52,095 nt of DNA, taken from positions 1 through 52,095 of the IMG/VR virus record IMGVR_UViG_3300030118_002480. One strand, written 5' to 3'. The DNA comes from a virus (lineage: Duplodnaviria; Caudoviricetes). Position numbers and translations under genes: made by a program. This document shows positions 43,749 through 52,095 of the stretch, one piece after another. Within the stretch, counting starts at the first letter, position 1; every line of letters starts with the position of its first letter. The notes beneath the pieces were generated by a model that saw nothing but the letters and a program-made list of their open reading frames with translations, was not told the origin of the DNA and searched no databases.

Positions 43749-44066
43749 ATGGCAAAAACACCAGCATGGCAGCGTAAAGCAGGTAAAAGCAAATCTGGTG
43801 GCTTAAACAGAAAGGGTATTGCGTCGTATAGAGCCGCAAACCCTGGTTCTAAGCTAAAGATGGCTGTTACCACAAAGCCAAGTAAGTTAAAGAAAGGCAG
43901 TAAATCTGCTAAAAGAAGAAGTTCTTTCTGTGCTAGAATGTGTGGAATGAAGCGTAGACTAACGGGAGCGAAAACGGCTAACGACCCAAACAGCAGAATA
44001 AACAAAGCATTGCGTAAATGGAACTGCAACTGCGGTAAAGAGCGTGCTAGGTCAATGAGTAAGTAA
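43749..44066 (+). CDS. DUF6321-like basic phage protein
   Basis: AWQRK.GK..SGGLN.KG.ASY, RRSSFCARM, DPNSRINKALRKW. Confidence 0.75.
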   Translation: MAKTPAWQRKAGKSKSGGLNRKGIASYRAANPGSKLKMAVTTKPSKLKKGSKSAKRRSSFCARMCGMKRRLTGAKTANDPNSRINKALRKWNCNCGKERARSMSK

Positions 44067-44563
44067 TGGAATATCAAGATATGCTCTCATCAACTGCGGG
44101 CCTATATGGAATGGCATCTTCTGAATTAGAAGATATAATGGATAGGATAGCATTCCATGAATCTGCTCAAACAATGGACCCATCTATAGAGCAAAGAGGT
44201 GGTGGTCCAGGCAGAGGCCTATTCCAATTTGAATTAGGAGAGAACCAAGGTGGAATGACCGCAATGAGACGATTGCGTCAAATGTTTGATGAACAAGGGA
44301 GTATCCCTGAATGGACAAATTACGACCCCCGAGAAGGATTAGACGCCTCTACTTTAAATGAAGAACAGCAAAAAATGCTATTTATGGCCAATATAAGAAA
44401 ACATCCTACAGCTTCATTGACTGGAGTTACCCCAGATAATTTAGCAGAATTTTGGCAAACCTACCATTATGCAGGACCAGAAGATAAAAGAAATTTATTT
44501 AACGAAACTATGAATGCATACGATGTAAGGTTTAAAAAAACAGCTGAGGAACAAGCTTTTTAG
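44066..44563 (+). CDS. Lysozyme/transglycosylase-like protein (candidate endolysin)
   Basis: IAFHES (catalytic Glu) and GGGPGRGLFQFE. Confidence 0.65.
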   Translation: MEYQDMLSSTAGLYGMASSELEDIMDRIAFHESAQTMDPSIEQRGGGPGRGLFQFELGENQGGMTAMRRLRQMFDEQGSIPEWTNYDPREGLDASTLNEEQQKMLFMANIRKHPTASLTGVTPDNLAEFWQTYHYAGPEDKRNLFNETMNAYDVRFKKTAEEQAF

Positions 44564-45321
44564 TGTACGATATACCAATTAATCATAAAGACCGAGGCAA
44601 GATAGTCTATACGGTCTATAGAAAGAACGAAGCAGAAGATAATGGGATTGAATTTAAATATTGGAAAGAAGCGGAAGAAGGAGAATATGCAATCTCTGAT
44701 GACGATTATGTTGCAAAGGTCATCAAAAAGAAAGATTATGTGGCGGAAGACGGTCGTTCTAGTATTTATATGCGTTTTCCTTGGGGTTATACCTTTTATA
44801 ATCCTAAGTATGATTCTAAAAAACTTATTGTTGCTGGTCGCAAAACTAATGTAACTTTTACAGGTAAGAGTTATATAGAAGTTCAGGCAGGTCAGCAGAA
44901 AATGAAAAACCTAGCAACAATGTATGCGTTAAAGCCAGATTACGATATAGCTATAGAATGGGCATTAGGTTCAGTAACTAGTTCTCAAAGACGTAAATGG
45001 CGACGCACTATGAAATCGGAGGTCTTTAAAAGGATGGTACGAGAACAATTAGCGAGTTTATTGCAAGAACAGGGTTTAACAGAAAAATATACTCTTGATT
45101 TATTAGAAGATGCAATAAGAATGGCTAAGGATAAAAAAGATATCCCTAGCATAATGCGTGCTGTAGAAAACTTGCAGGATATGCATGGCATGAAAGAAAA
45201 GTATATGGAGAAAACGGTAGATAAGATAGAGTCTAAATCTGTTTCTATGATTGATGATATAGTAAAAGAAGAATCGCATATAGAGGCATCAAGGACTACT
45301 ACTAAACCAATAGATGAGTAA
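44563..45321 (+). CDS. Putative terminase small subunit
   Basis: Directly upstream of and overlapping TerL; helical C-terminal half. Confidence 0.45.
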   Translation: MYDIPINHKDRGKIVYTVYRKNEAEDNGIEFKYWKEAEEGEYAISDDDYVAKVIKKKDYVAEDGRSSIYMRFPWGYTFYNPKYDSKKLIVAGRKTNVTFTGKSYIEVQAGQQKMKNLATMYALKPDYDIAIEWALGSVTSSQRRKWRRTMKSEVFKRMVREQLASLLQEQGLTEKYTLDLLEDAIRMAKDKKDIPSIMRAVENLQDMHGMKEKYMEKTVDKIESKSVSMIDDIVKEESHIEASRTTTKPIDE

Positions 45322-46810
45322 TTATGAAGAACGTTATGCTCAACAGCAAGCGTTAAAAAAGTTATATACTAACATGGCATTGTTTGGAAGGTACTGCTTC
45401 CCAACAGCCCTCAAAAAGGAAATACCTCCTTTTCACTTCAATATCTACAAGTCCTTATCCGATAACACGCAACGAAGGGTCGCAATAGCGGCCCCTCGTG
45501 GTACAGCCAAAAGCACAACCACATCACTTATATTTCCATTGTGGAAAGCCGCGTTTAAACGTAGTGACGAAGATTTATTTATTGTTATTATATCAGAATC
45601 ACAAACTCAGTCTATTAACTTCTTATCTAGAATTAAATATCATTTGGCGCATTCAGATAAATTTACAGAGTTGTTTGGAGATATGGGACCTACTACTGCC
45701 AAAAGATGGACAAACAATGATGTTATACTTGCTAATGGTACTAGAATTATAGCTGTGGGTACAGGGCAAAGAGTTAGAGGGTTTATTGAGGGAGATACTA
45801 GGCCTAACCTAATTATTGTAGATGATTTCGAATCTGAACTAAATGCGTATACACCAGAAGCTAGAGCTAAAAATAAGAAATGGATGACTGAAGCAGTAAT
45901 ACCATCGCTATCAGATGACGGTAAATTAGTAATGATTGGTACGGTTATATCAGAAGATTGTTTTTTGTATTGGATAAAAGAATCTGCTTCATGGAATGTT
46001 CTATGGTATAGTATATGGGACGATGATGAAAAAAGTATATGGCCCGAAAGGTTTCCACATGAACGTATAATGCAAATAAAAGACGAATTTGCTAGTATTG
46101 GTAACTTGAATGGATTTTATCAGGAGTATATGAATATTGCTCAGTCACCAGATAATGCGCCGTTTAAACCTGAGTGGATACAAATGCATCATTACGATTA
46201 CGAAATACGTAATGGACAAGGGTGTTTAGTTAGAACAATAGACGATGAAGAAAAGATAATACCTGTCGAGGTGTATTCTGGTGTTGACCCCGCATCTTCA
46301 TTGTCCTCAAGGGCAGACTATTTTGTTATTGCCACTATTGGCATAGACAATGAAAATAATAAATACGTAATAGATATTAAAAGAGAACGAGTTACTCCTT
46401 CTAAACAACCCGATATGATTATTGATACGTTTACAAAATTTAAACCTAGACGAGTTAAGATAGAAACAACAGGTTATCAGGAAGCGCTACGTGTAGGTGT
46501 AAGAGACATAATGAGAGAAAAAGGGTTATACATACCAGGATTAGAGGCTGGTGTAAAACCAAGAACTAGAAAATCAGAACGATTATTGTCTATGGTTCCA
46601 ATGTTTGCTAGAAAACAATTTTATTTTAGACCAGAAGACATAAAACCCCAACAAGAATTTCTATCATATCCTAGAGGCAAACATGATGATGTTATGGATG
46701 CTGTGTGGACAGCATTAGATGGAGCAAAGCCGTGTAGACTTAAAGAATATGACGAAAAAAAGTATGATAAAAAGAAGAAAAAGAAATTCCTTGATTGGAT
46801 GACTATGTAG
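45314..46810 (+). CDS. terL: Terminase large subunit
   Basis: Walker A APRGTAKST, Walker B IIVDD, IGT coupling motif, QEY, nuclease GVDPA...AD...HDDVMDA. Confidence 0.95.
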   Translation: MSNYEERYAQQQALKKLYTNMALFGRYCFPTALKKEIPPFHFNIYKSLSDNTQRRVAIAAPRGTAKSTTTSLIFPLWKAAFKRSDEDLFIVIISESQTQSINFLSRIKYHLAHSDKFTELFGDMGPTTAKRWTNNDVILANGTRIIAVGTGQRVRGFIEGDTRPNLIIVDDFESELNAYTPEARAKNKKWMTEAVIPSLSDDGKLVMIGTVISEDCFLYWIKESASWNVLWYSIWDDDEKSIWPERFPHERIMQIKDEFASIGNLNGFYQEYMNIAQSPDNAPFKPEWIQMHHYDYEIRNGQGCLVRTIDDEEKIIPVEVYSGVDPASSLSSRADYFVIATIGIDNENNKYVIDIKRERVTPSKQPDMIIDTFTKFKPRRVKIETTGYQEALRVGVRDIMREKGLYIPGLEAGVKPRTRKSERLLSMVPMFARKQFYFRPEDIKPQQEFLSYPRGKHDDVMDAVWTALDGAKPCRLKEYDEKKYDKKKKKKFLDWMTM

Positions 46811-46825
46811 GAGTTAAATTGCAAG

Positions 46826-49045
46826 ATGGCATATACCGTTAAAAAGAAACTTTCAGGCAAACCTTTAGTCGATGAAACATTAGACTTATTTCAGAAATAT
46901 GGTTCTAAGCGCGACAACTGGGCAAAGCATGCCAAAGAAGATAAAGAATTTAGACTTGGGCGTCAATGGACAAAAGAACAAGAGGATATATTAAGAGCTA
47001 GAGGACAAGCGCCTGTAGTTGTTAATAGAGTACATCCTGCTGTTGAAGCAGCAAAATCAATGATGTCTGCAAATAGACCATCATTTAGAGTAGCGCCTAG
47101 AGAAGATTCTGATAATAAAGTAGCACAAGTAATGAGTGCTATGCTTGCGTATATGTATGATATATCTGATGGGCGAACCGCAGTACGGCAAATGATAGAT
47201 GATTACTATGTAATGGGATTAGGATATATACACGTATATCAAGACCCAATGATGGATATGGGTAAAGGAGAAGTTTGTATTCACGATGTAGACCCACTTG
47301 ATGTATACGTAGACCCAAATAGTAGAGATAGATTTTTTAATGATGCCGAAAATATTATTATATCTAGATTATTTACTAGAGAGCAAGCTGCTAACTTATA
47401 TCCTATGTATGAAAAGGCTATTAAAAATGCTGCTAATAACGCCAGTGATTATGACCATGATAGGCCAGAAACAGGTAGAGCTAACGATATGGCTACTCAT
47501 TTTCCTGAAGATGTAGATAGAACAGATAATACTGAATACCTTAGAGGGTACGAACGTTATTATAAAGTAATGGTTGATAGGTATAGGATTTATGAAGTAT
47601 GGAGTAAAAAAGAATTACTATTAAATGAAGAAGAATATGCTAGCTACGTTCAACGACAAGCATATATAATTAATGGCGAAATAATTGATGACCCCGCACA
47701 AGCAAAGGTAATTTTATCTCAACTAGAACAACAAAGACAGCAGTATCAAACTCAAATGGAATCTGGTATGACGAGTATGGGTTTAGATGGCAATGCAGAA
47801 GTTCCTATTGCACCTGAACCTATTAACGTTGAAGAAGTAAGTTTTGCAGAACTTATTGAACGACAACTAATACAGACAGTTGTAACTCAAATTAAACGAG
47901 TCAATATGTGCGTTATTATGGGAGATAAACATTTATACAGCAGAGAGCTTCCAATAGAAGATTATCCAATTGTACCATTTATGAGTTTACATACAAGAAC
48001 TCCTTATCCTCAATCTGATGTAAGAATGATAAAAGGTCTTCAAGAATATATAAATAAAATGCGTTCATTAATAGTAGCGCATGCAACGACAAGTACTAAT
48101 ACTAAGATACTTGTCCCAGAAGGTAGTGTAGACATGTCAGAATTTGAGCAGAAATGGGCTCAGCCTGGTGTCGCAATCCCTTATGACCCAACAGATGGCG
48201 CACCAATGCCTGTTCAACCCTCTCCGCTTCCAAACGAACTTTATAGCGGTGAGCAAGTAGCTAAGCAAGATATTGACCATCAGTTAGGATTATATGAAAT
48301 GATGATGGGTAATGCCCAAGCTGCTCCACAAACCTACAAGGCTACAATTAGTCTTGATGAATTTGGACAAAGAAAAATTAAATCAAAATTAGCTGATATT
48401 GAAGCTGGTCTAACTAAAGTAGCTCAAGTGGCCATACCTTTAATGCAGCAGTTGTATACGCAAGAAAAAGTGTTTAGAGTAATACAGCCTAATAACTCAT
48501 TAAGTGAATTTGTTATTAATAAAAAGCTTATTGACGACAAAACAAATGAAATTACTACATTTAATGATATTACAGTTGGAAAATATGACGTAATTTATCT
48601 ATCAGGTAGTACATTACCTTCTAACAGATATGCAGAGCTTGAGTTTTATATGGATGCTTATCAGAAAGGATTGGTTGATAGAATTGAGGTTCTCAAGAAG
48701 ACAGAAGTATTTGATATGGAGGGTGTTGTTGAAAGAACCGACCAAGTCGGACAACTCCAAACACAGTTGCGACAAGCAGTTGATGAAATTAAAAAATTAA
48801 AAGGTGACTTGCAATCTAGAGATAGAGAGTCAGTTAATCTTAGAAAGAGAATTGAAGTTGAGAAATTTAAAACAGAACTTGACCAAGTTAGTAATAAAGC
48901 GAAAGCTGCAAGCTCTGTTTATGAAAAACGACTTGACGACAATATGGCCGTAATCAAGCGTGATATCGCTGGTTCAATAAAAACAGAGGCTTCTACCCCC
49001 GTAAGCGGCGAACAGGGCAAGCCGAAAGTGAGTAAAAAGAAATGA
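46826..49045 (+). CDS. Portal protein (P22-like)
   Basis: GRQW, P.VVNRV, VYVDP, YPIVPF, QEYINK, GKYDV motifs; follows TerL. Confidence 0.9.
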   Translation: MAYTVKKKLSGKPLVDETLDLFQKYGSKRDNWAKHAKEDKEFRLGRQWTKEQEDILRARGQAPVVVNRVHPAVEAAKSMMSANRPSFRVAPREDSDNKVAQVMSAMLAYMYDISDGRTAVRQMIDDYYVMGLGYIHVYQDPMMDMGKGEVCIHDVDPLDVYVDPNSRDRFFNDAENIIISRLFTREQAANLYPMYEKAIKNAANNASDYDHDRPETGRANDMATHFPEDVDRTDNTEYLRGYERYYKVMVDRYRIYEVWSKKELLLNEEEYASYVQRQAYIINGEIIDDPAQAKVILSQLEQQRQQYQTQMESGMTSMGLDGNAEVPIAPEPINVEEVSFAELIERQLIQTVVTQIKRVNMCVIMGDKHLYSRELPIEDYPIVPFMSLHTRTPYPQSDVRMIKGLQEYINKMRSLIVAHATTSTNTKILVPEGSVDMSEFEQKWAQPGVAIPYDPTDGAPMPVQPSPLPNELYSGEQVAKQDIDHQLGLYEMMMGNAQAAPQTYKATISLDEFGQRKIKSKLADIEAGLTKVAQVAIPLMQQLYTQEKVFRVIQPNNSLSEFVINKKLIDDKTNEITTFNDITVGKYDVIYLSGSTLPSNRYAELEFYMDAYQKGLVDRIEVLKKTEVFDMEGVVERTDQVGQLQTQLRQAVDEIKKLKGDLQSRDRESVNLRKRIEVEKFKTELDQVSNKAKAASSVYEKRLDDNMAVIKRDIAGSIKTEASTPVSGEQGKPKVSKKK

Positions 49046-49983
49046 CAGACAACATAGATACCCCGATGGAAAATGCCAATCCAAATGATGCAACTACTGC
49101 ATTTGAAGGACCATGGCCAACAGAAGGCTCTAGTGATAGTGTGTCTATTGAGGATGCTTTTTTAGGCACTCAAGAAACAACAGAACCACAGGAACAGGCT
49201 CCAGCAGTAGCTGAGACCCCTGAATCTGCTCCAATACAAGAGCAAGCACAAGAGTATTCTGCTAAAAATGACGAAAAACGATTTGAGTACTGGCAAAGCC
49301 AAACTGCTCAACGTGATAATCAAATAGCAGAAATTCAGCGGCAGAATGAGCAATTACAAGCTCAAATGCAAGCAATGCAAGTTCCACAACAAGAAGCAGA
49401 ACCTGTTGAAGAGTTTCCTGAGCCACCTGAAAGACCCCAAAAGCCTAGAGGCTACAGTAGAGAGGAAGCGTATAGCGACCCTACTAGCGAAAGCGCTAGG
49501 TACTTAGATGATTATGAGGAATGGCGTGATAACATGGCTGAATACGCTACTTTAAAACAAGAGTATACCGTAACTCAGATGCAAGAAAAGTTTGATGCTC
49601 AAGAAAAAGCTAGGCAAGATGAAATACAAAGACAACAAGCGCATGCAGCTCAACAGCAGCAAATGGCTGATGTCAGCACTCATCTTCAAGGTCATTATGG
49701 ATTTAATGATGCTGATGCTCAAGAGTTTATTCAACAGATGTCAGACCCTAATTCACTTAGTTTAGATAATCTTGTTCAGTTATATAGACTGCAAAAAGGC
49801 CAAGGCCAACCACAACCTAATGCTGGACCAAGTCCTGAGTTTCAACAAACACAAAGAGCTCAGCAGATACCATCTCCGATGGGAGTTCAGACAGGTCAAG
49901 GTGGCGGGAATGATGCAAGAAGTGACTCTGATAAGATTATGGATAGTTTAATATCGGATTTTAATAATAAAAATCCGTGGTAA
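49042..49983 (+). CDS. Capsid scaffolding protein
   Basis: Acidic Q/E/P-rich coiled-coil protein between portal and capsid. Confidence 0.75.
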   Translation: MTDNIDTPMENANPNDATTAFEGPWPTEGSSDSVSIEDAFLGTQETTEPQEQAPAVAETPESAPIQEQAQEYSAKNDEKRFEYWQSQTAQRDNQIAEIQRQNEQLQAQMQAMQVPQQEAEPVEEFPEPPERPQKPRGYSREEAYSDPTSESARYLDDYEEWRDNMAEYATLKQEYTVTQMQEKFDAQEKARQDEIQRQQAHAAQQQQMADVSTHLQGHYGFNDADAQEFIQQMSDPNSLSLDNLVQLYRLQKGQGQPQPNAGPSPEFQQTQRAQQIPSPMGVQTGQGGGNDARSDSDKIMDSLISDFNNKNPW

Positions 49984-49985
49984 CC

Positions 49986-50024
49986 AACTCTACTCGAAGG
50001 TCCCACGACAGCTGAGAGAGAGTT
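49986..50024 (+). promoter_or_regulatory. Structured RNA element in the capsid 5' leader
   Basis: AACTCT..CTC-GA-AG-GTC-ccac-GAC-ag-CT-GA-GAG..AGAGTT; can form a stem with tandem G.A pairs. Confidence 0.5.
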
Positions 50025-50048
50025 AATTAAGAGTAAAGGAGAATAAAT

Positions 50049-51392
50049 ATGGCTAATGCAACCGTATTTAGTACCTCTGCCAATCAAACTGGCACAGGTG
50101 TATCTTTAGACAATACTCGAAGAAAATTTGATTTTGGTGATAGGGTTGCCGAACTTGCTCCTCAGCAAAGTCCTTTCTTCGTTTATTTAAATAAAGTATC
50201 AAAAAAACCAACAAATGACCCTGTCTTTAAGTTTTTAGAACAAAGACATCAATACCAAAGACGTAATTTTACATGTGAAGCGGTTAATAATATGACAGCA
50301 GCTTCTGCAGGTTCAGCATTAAGTGAAAATATAGTAATAACAGCTCCTTATAATAGTAAAGGTAAAATACAAAATGATTGTAGACCTGAATTTATTGTAG
50401 GTGGTTTAGTTCTTGCAATTCAATTTGACCAAGGCGTTAAGCGAATTAAAATAGCAGAAGACGCAACATCAGGTTCTGGATTAACTTTTGCAGGTACTGA
50501 TGGTACTGACGGTCAAGTTACTATTGCAGCAGCTAAAATGACAGCTATTGATGCTATTGCTACTAATGATGATATATCTGCTGGAGCTAAAGGTCAAGTA
50601 ATTGGTTCTGCATGGGCAGAAGGAACTGACACTCCTGAAGGTTGGGAAGATTTAATGAGTGATAGCGAAGGTTATTGCCAAATCTTTAAAACTGGAATGA
50701 ATGTTTTTTCTAACACTGCACTTGCTACAGAGTATAGAGGCATTAAAAATGAGTTCCAAAGAATCTGGACAGATAAACTTATGGAACACAAAATGGACAT
50801 AGAACAAGCTATGTTATTTGGACTAGGTAATGCAACTGCTGGCGCAAGCACAACTAGATATACGCATGGAATTGTTCCGTATACAGAAGCTAATGGTAAA
50901 GTATATAGTATGACTTATGCTTCTTCTGGGTACGATGCTTTCTTAGATGCAATGGAAGATTTCTTTGCACCTGAAGGTGGTAATTCTGGAAACAAACTAG
51001 TACTTGCCTCAAGAAAAGTTATTACTTATTTAAATAAATTAGGTAATGGCTCTTTCTTAAACAATTCAGTTGGAGCTTCTCAATATAACTTAGATGTGCA
51101 AAATATTAAGGGCGCATTTGGGCATCAAGTAACAATGGTAAATACTATTTTTGGTAATTTACATTTTGTTGCTGAACCTTTATTGAGAGGTCCATGGGAA
51201 AACTATTGCGTGGCTGTTGACATGAAAAATGTAGCATACAGACCACTAGTTGGAAATGGAATAAGCAGAGATACCTTTGTTGAAACTAACGTACAGGATA
51301 ATGGAGTTGATGGAAGACAAGACCAAGTGATTACAGAAGCTGGTCTTGAAATCAGCTTACCAGAAACTCACGCTGTTCTTAAGTTTAGTTAG
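50049..51392 (+). CDS. Major capsid protein (SU10/DUF5309-like, HK97 fold)
   Basis: SPFFVYL, QIFKT, KLMEHKMDIEQAMLFG, TEAGLEI...HAVL; follows the scaffold; AAAGGAG SD. Confidence 0.88.
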   Translation: MANATVFSTSANQTGTGVSLDNTRRKFDFGDRVAELAPQQSPFFVYLNKVSKKPTNDPVFKFLEQRHQYQRRNFTCEAVNNMTAASAGSALSENIVITAPYNSKGKIQNDCRPEFIVGGLVLAIQFDQGVKRIKIAEDATSGSGLTFAGTDGTDGQVTIAAAKMTAIDAIATNDDISAGAKGQVIGSAWAEGTDTPEGWEDLMSDSEGYCQIFKTGMNVFSNTALATEYRGIKNEFQRIWTDKLMEHKMDIEQAMLFGLGNATAGASTTRYTHGIVPYTEANGKVYSMTYASSGYDAFLDAMEDFFAPEGGNSGNKLVLASRKVITYLNKLGNGSFLNNSVGASQYNLDVQNIKGAFGHQVTMVNTIFGNLHFVAEPLLRGPWENYCVAVDMKNVAYRPLVGNGISRDTFVETNVQDNGVDGRQDQVITEAGLEISLPETHAVLKFS

Positions 51393-51402
51393 GAGGTAGA
51401 TT

Positions 51403-52035
51403 ATGGCAGACCAAAGTAATCTTACAATACTACGGGCGGACCCTTCGGGGTCCCGCCCAACGGGTAATTTATCTTCAAATTGGGCTCCTTCAATAAGCAA
51501 TAAAGTTGTTCAATATACAGCTAACACTATAATGTCTGACCCTGGAGCTACTGGTAATGGTGAAACAAATACTTATTATAGTGAAGAGTTATGTATAGGA
51601 ACTATTACAAATGGCGCTCAATTTGAAATTGGTGATACGGGTGATGCTCAAATAACAACATGTTGGCAATACTATAAATCTTCAAATGGTAATAATTTTA
51701 ACAGTGGAAACGAAGTTGTTCCTGGCACGGCAGCAATTCAAGATGCTGGCACATGGACAGACATAGGTAGTCCTGCTCAAGATTATACAAGCGAAGTAAT
51801 AGTGCCTGCTACTGCTTCAGATGAAGACCTTACATATGCTGGAGTTGTTAGGTTAAGAGTTAAAATGGTAGTAACTGATGCTGGTAGTAATGGAGTTGCA
51901 GCGGGATTAGTTACAGCAGGTGTAGCTGCAGTTAATGCTGCATTTTGTAGAATTCCTATTGACAAACAAGCAAAAAAGAACGATACTATTAATAACCCAG
52001 TTACTTTTGGTGGTATAGGTAAAGACCCATCGTAA
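51403..52035 (+). CDS. Virion structural protein, probable capsid decoration protein (allele B)
   Basis: Directly after the capsid gene, AGGAGG SD; roughly 82% amino-acid identity to 7-645 by manual count. Confidence 0.6.
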   Translation: MADQSNLTILRADPSGSRPTGNLSSNWAPSISNKVVQYTANTIMSDPGATGNGETNTYYSEELCIGTITNGAQFEIGDTGDAQITTCWQYYKSSNGNNFNSGNEVVPGTAAIQDAGTWTDIGSPAQDYTSEVIVPATASDEDLTYAGVVRLRVKMVVTDAGSNGVAAGLVTAGVAAVNAAFCRIPIDKQAKKNDTINNPVTFGGIGKDPS

Positions 52036-52047
52036 CAATATAATCGT

Positions 52048-52082
52048 TAGGGGGTCTTTATGGCCCCCTAGCATAAATTTTT
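52048..52082 (+). terminator. Intrinsic terminator-like hairpin (copy of 658-692)
   Basis: Identical hairpin sequence. Confidence 0.65.
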
Positions 52083-52095
52083 AAATGGAGAAAAA

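Larger units (their letters stand above)
1..52095. mobile_element. Near-complete tailed bacteriophage genome (podovirus-like, putative virion RNA polymerase)
   Basis: TerL-portal-scaffold-capsid block, tail/ejection block and replication block; no host housekeeping genes, no integrase, no tape measure or sheath; the two ends overlap in the same gene. Confidence 0.95.
51397..52095 (+). repeat. Imperfect terminal repeat, copy B (matches 1-705)
   Basis: Direct sequence comparison. Confidence 0.95.

Noticed and set aside
51380-51420. Capsid stop-codon readthrough into the next gene
   Set aside because: Reading through the TAG meets TAA within nine codons in a different frame from 51403, and no clear slippery heptamer is present
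1-52095. Stop-codon reassignment as in some crAss-like phages
   Set aside because: Long ORFs are intact under code 11, and TAG and TGA both end genes at tight junctions

Overview
An essentially complete (~51.4 kb, circularly permuted) AT-rich tailed-phage genome with podovirus-like organisation and the standard genetic code. A + strand late block runs 43.0-52.1 kb and continues at 0-30.7 kb: small basic proteins, a lysozyme-like enzyme, TerL, portal, scaffold, major capsid, decoration/adaptor proteins, holin-like genes, a 2018-aa tail nozzle-like protein, tail fibres, ejection proteins and a 2806-aa protein. A - strand early/replication block (42.5-30.7 kb) encodes an AAA ATPase, an SSB-like protein, an AEP primase-helicase, and HNH and PD-(D/E)XK nucleases; no DNA polymerase is recognisable. 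Two things stand out. (1) A four-gene, phage-encoded ubiquitin-like conjugation cassette at 37157-40738: Ubl ending GG-IK, E2-like, JAB/JAMM peptidase and ThiF/E1, with catalytic motifs intact and hairpins at its boundaries. (2) The 2806-aa protein carries the motif order of a crAss-type single-chain two-barrel virion RNA polymerase (DGA...SAVK...RVP...GADLDID). The window ends carry two diverged copies of one virion gene, probably an assembly bubble of two alleles. The divergent intergenic region (42.5-43.05 kb) and the early intergenic spacers are rich in inverted repeats. All calls come from motif reading and gene order; no database searches were run.
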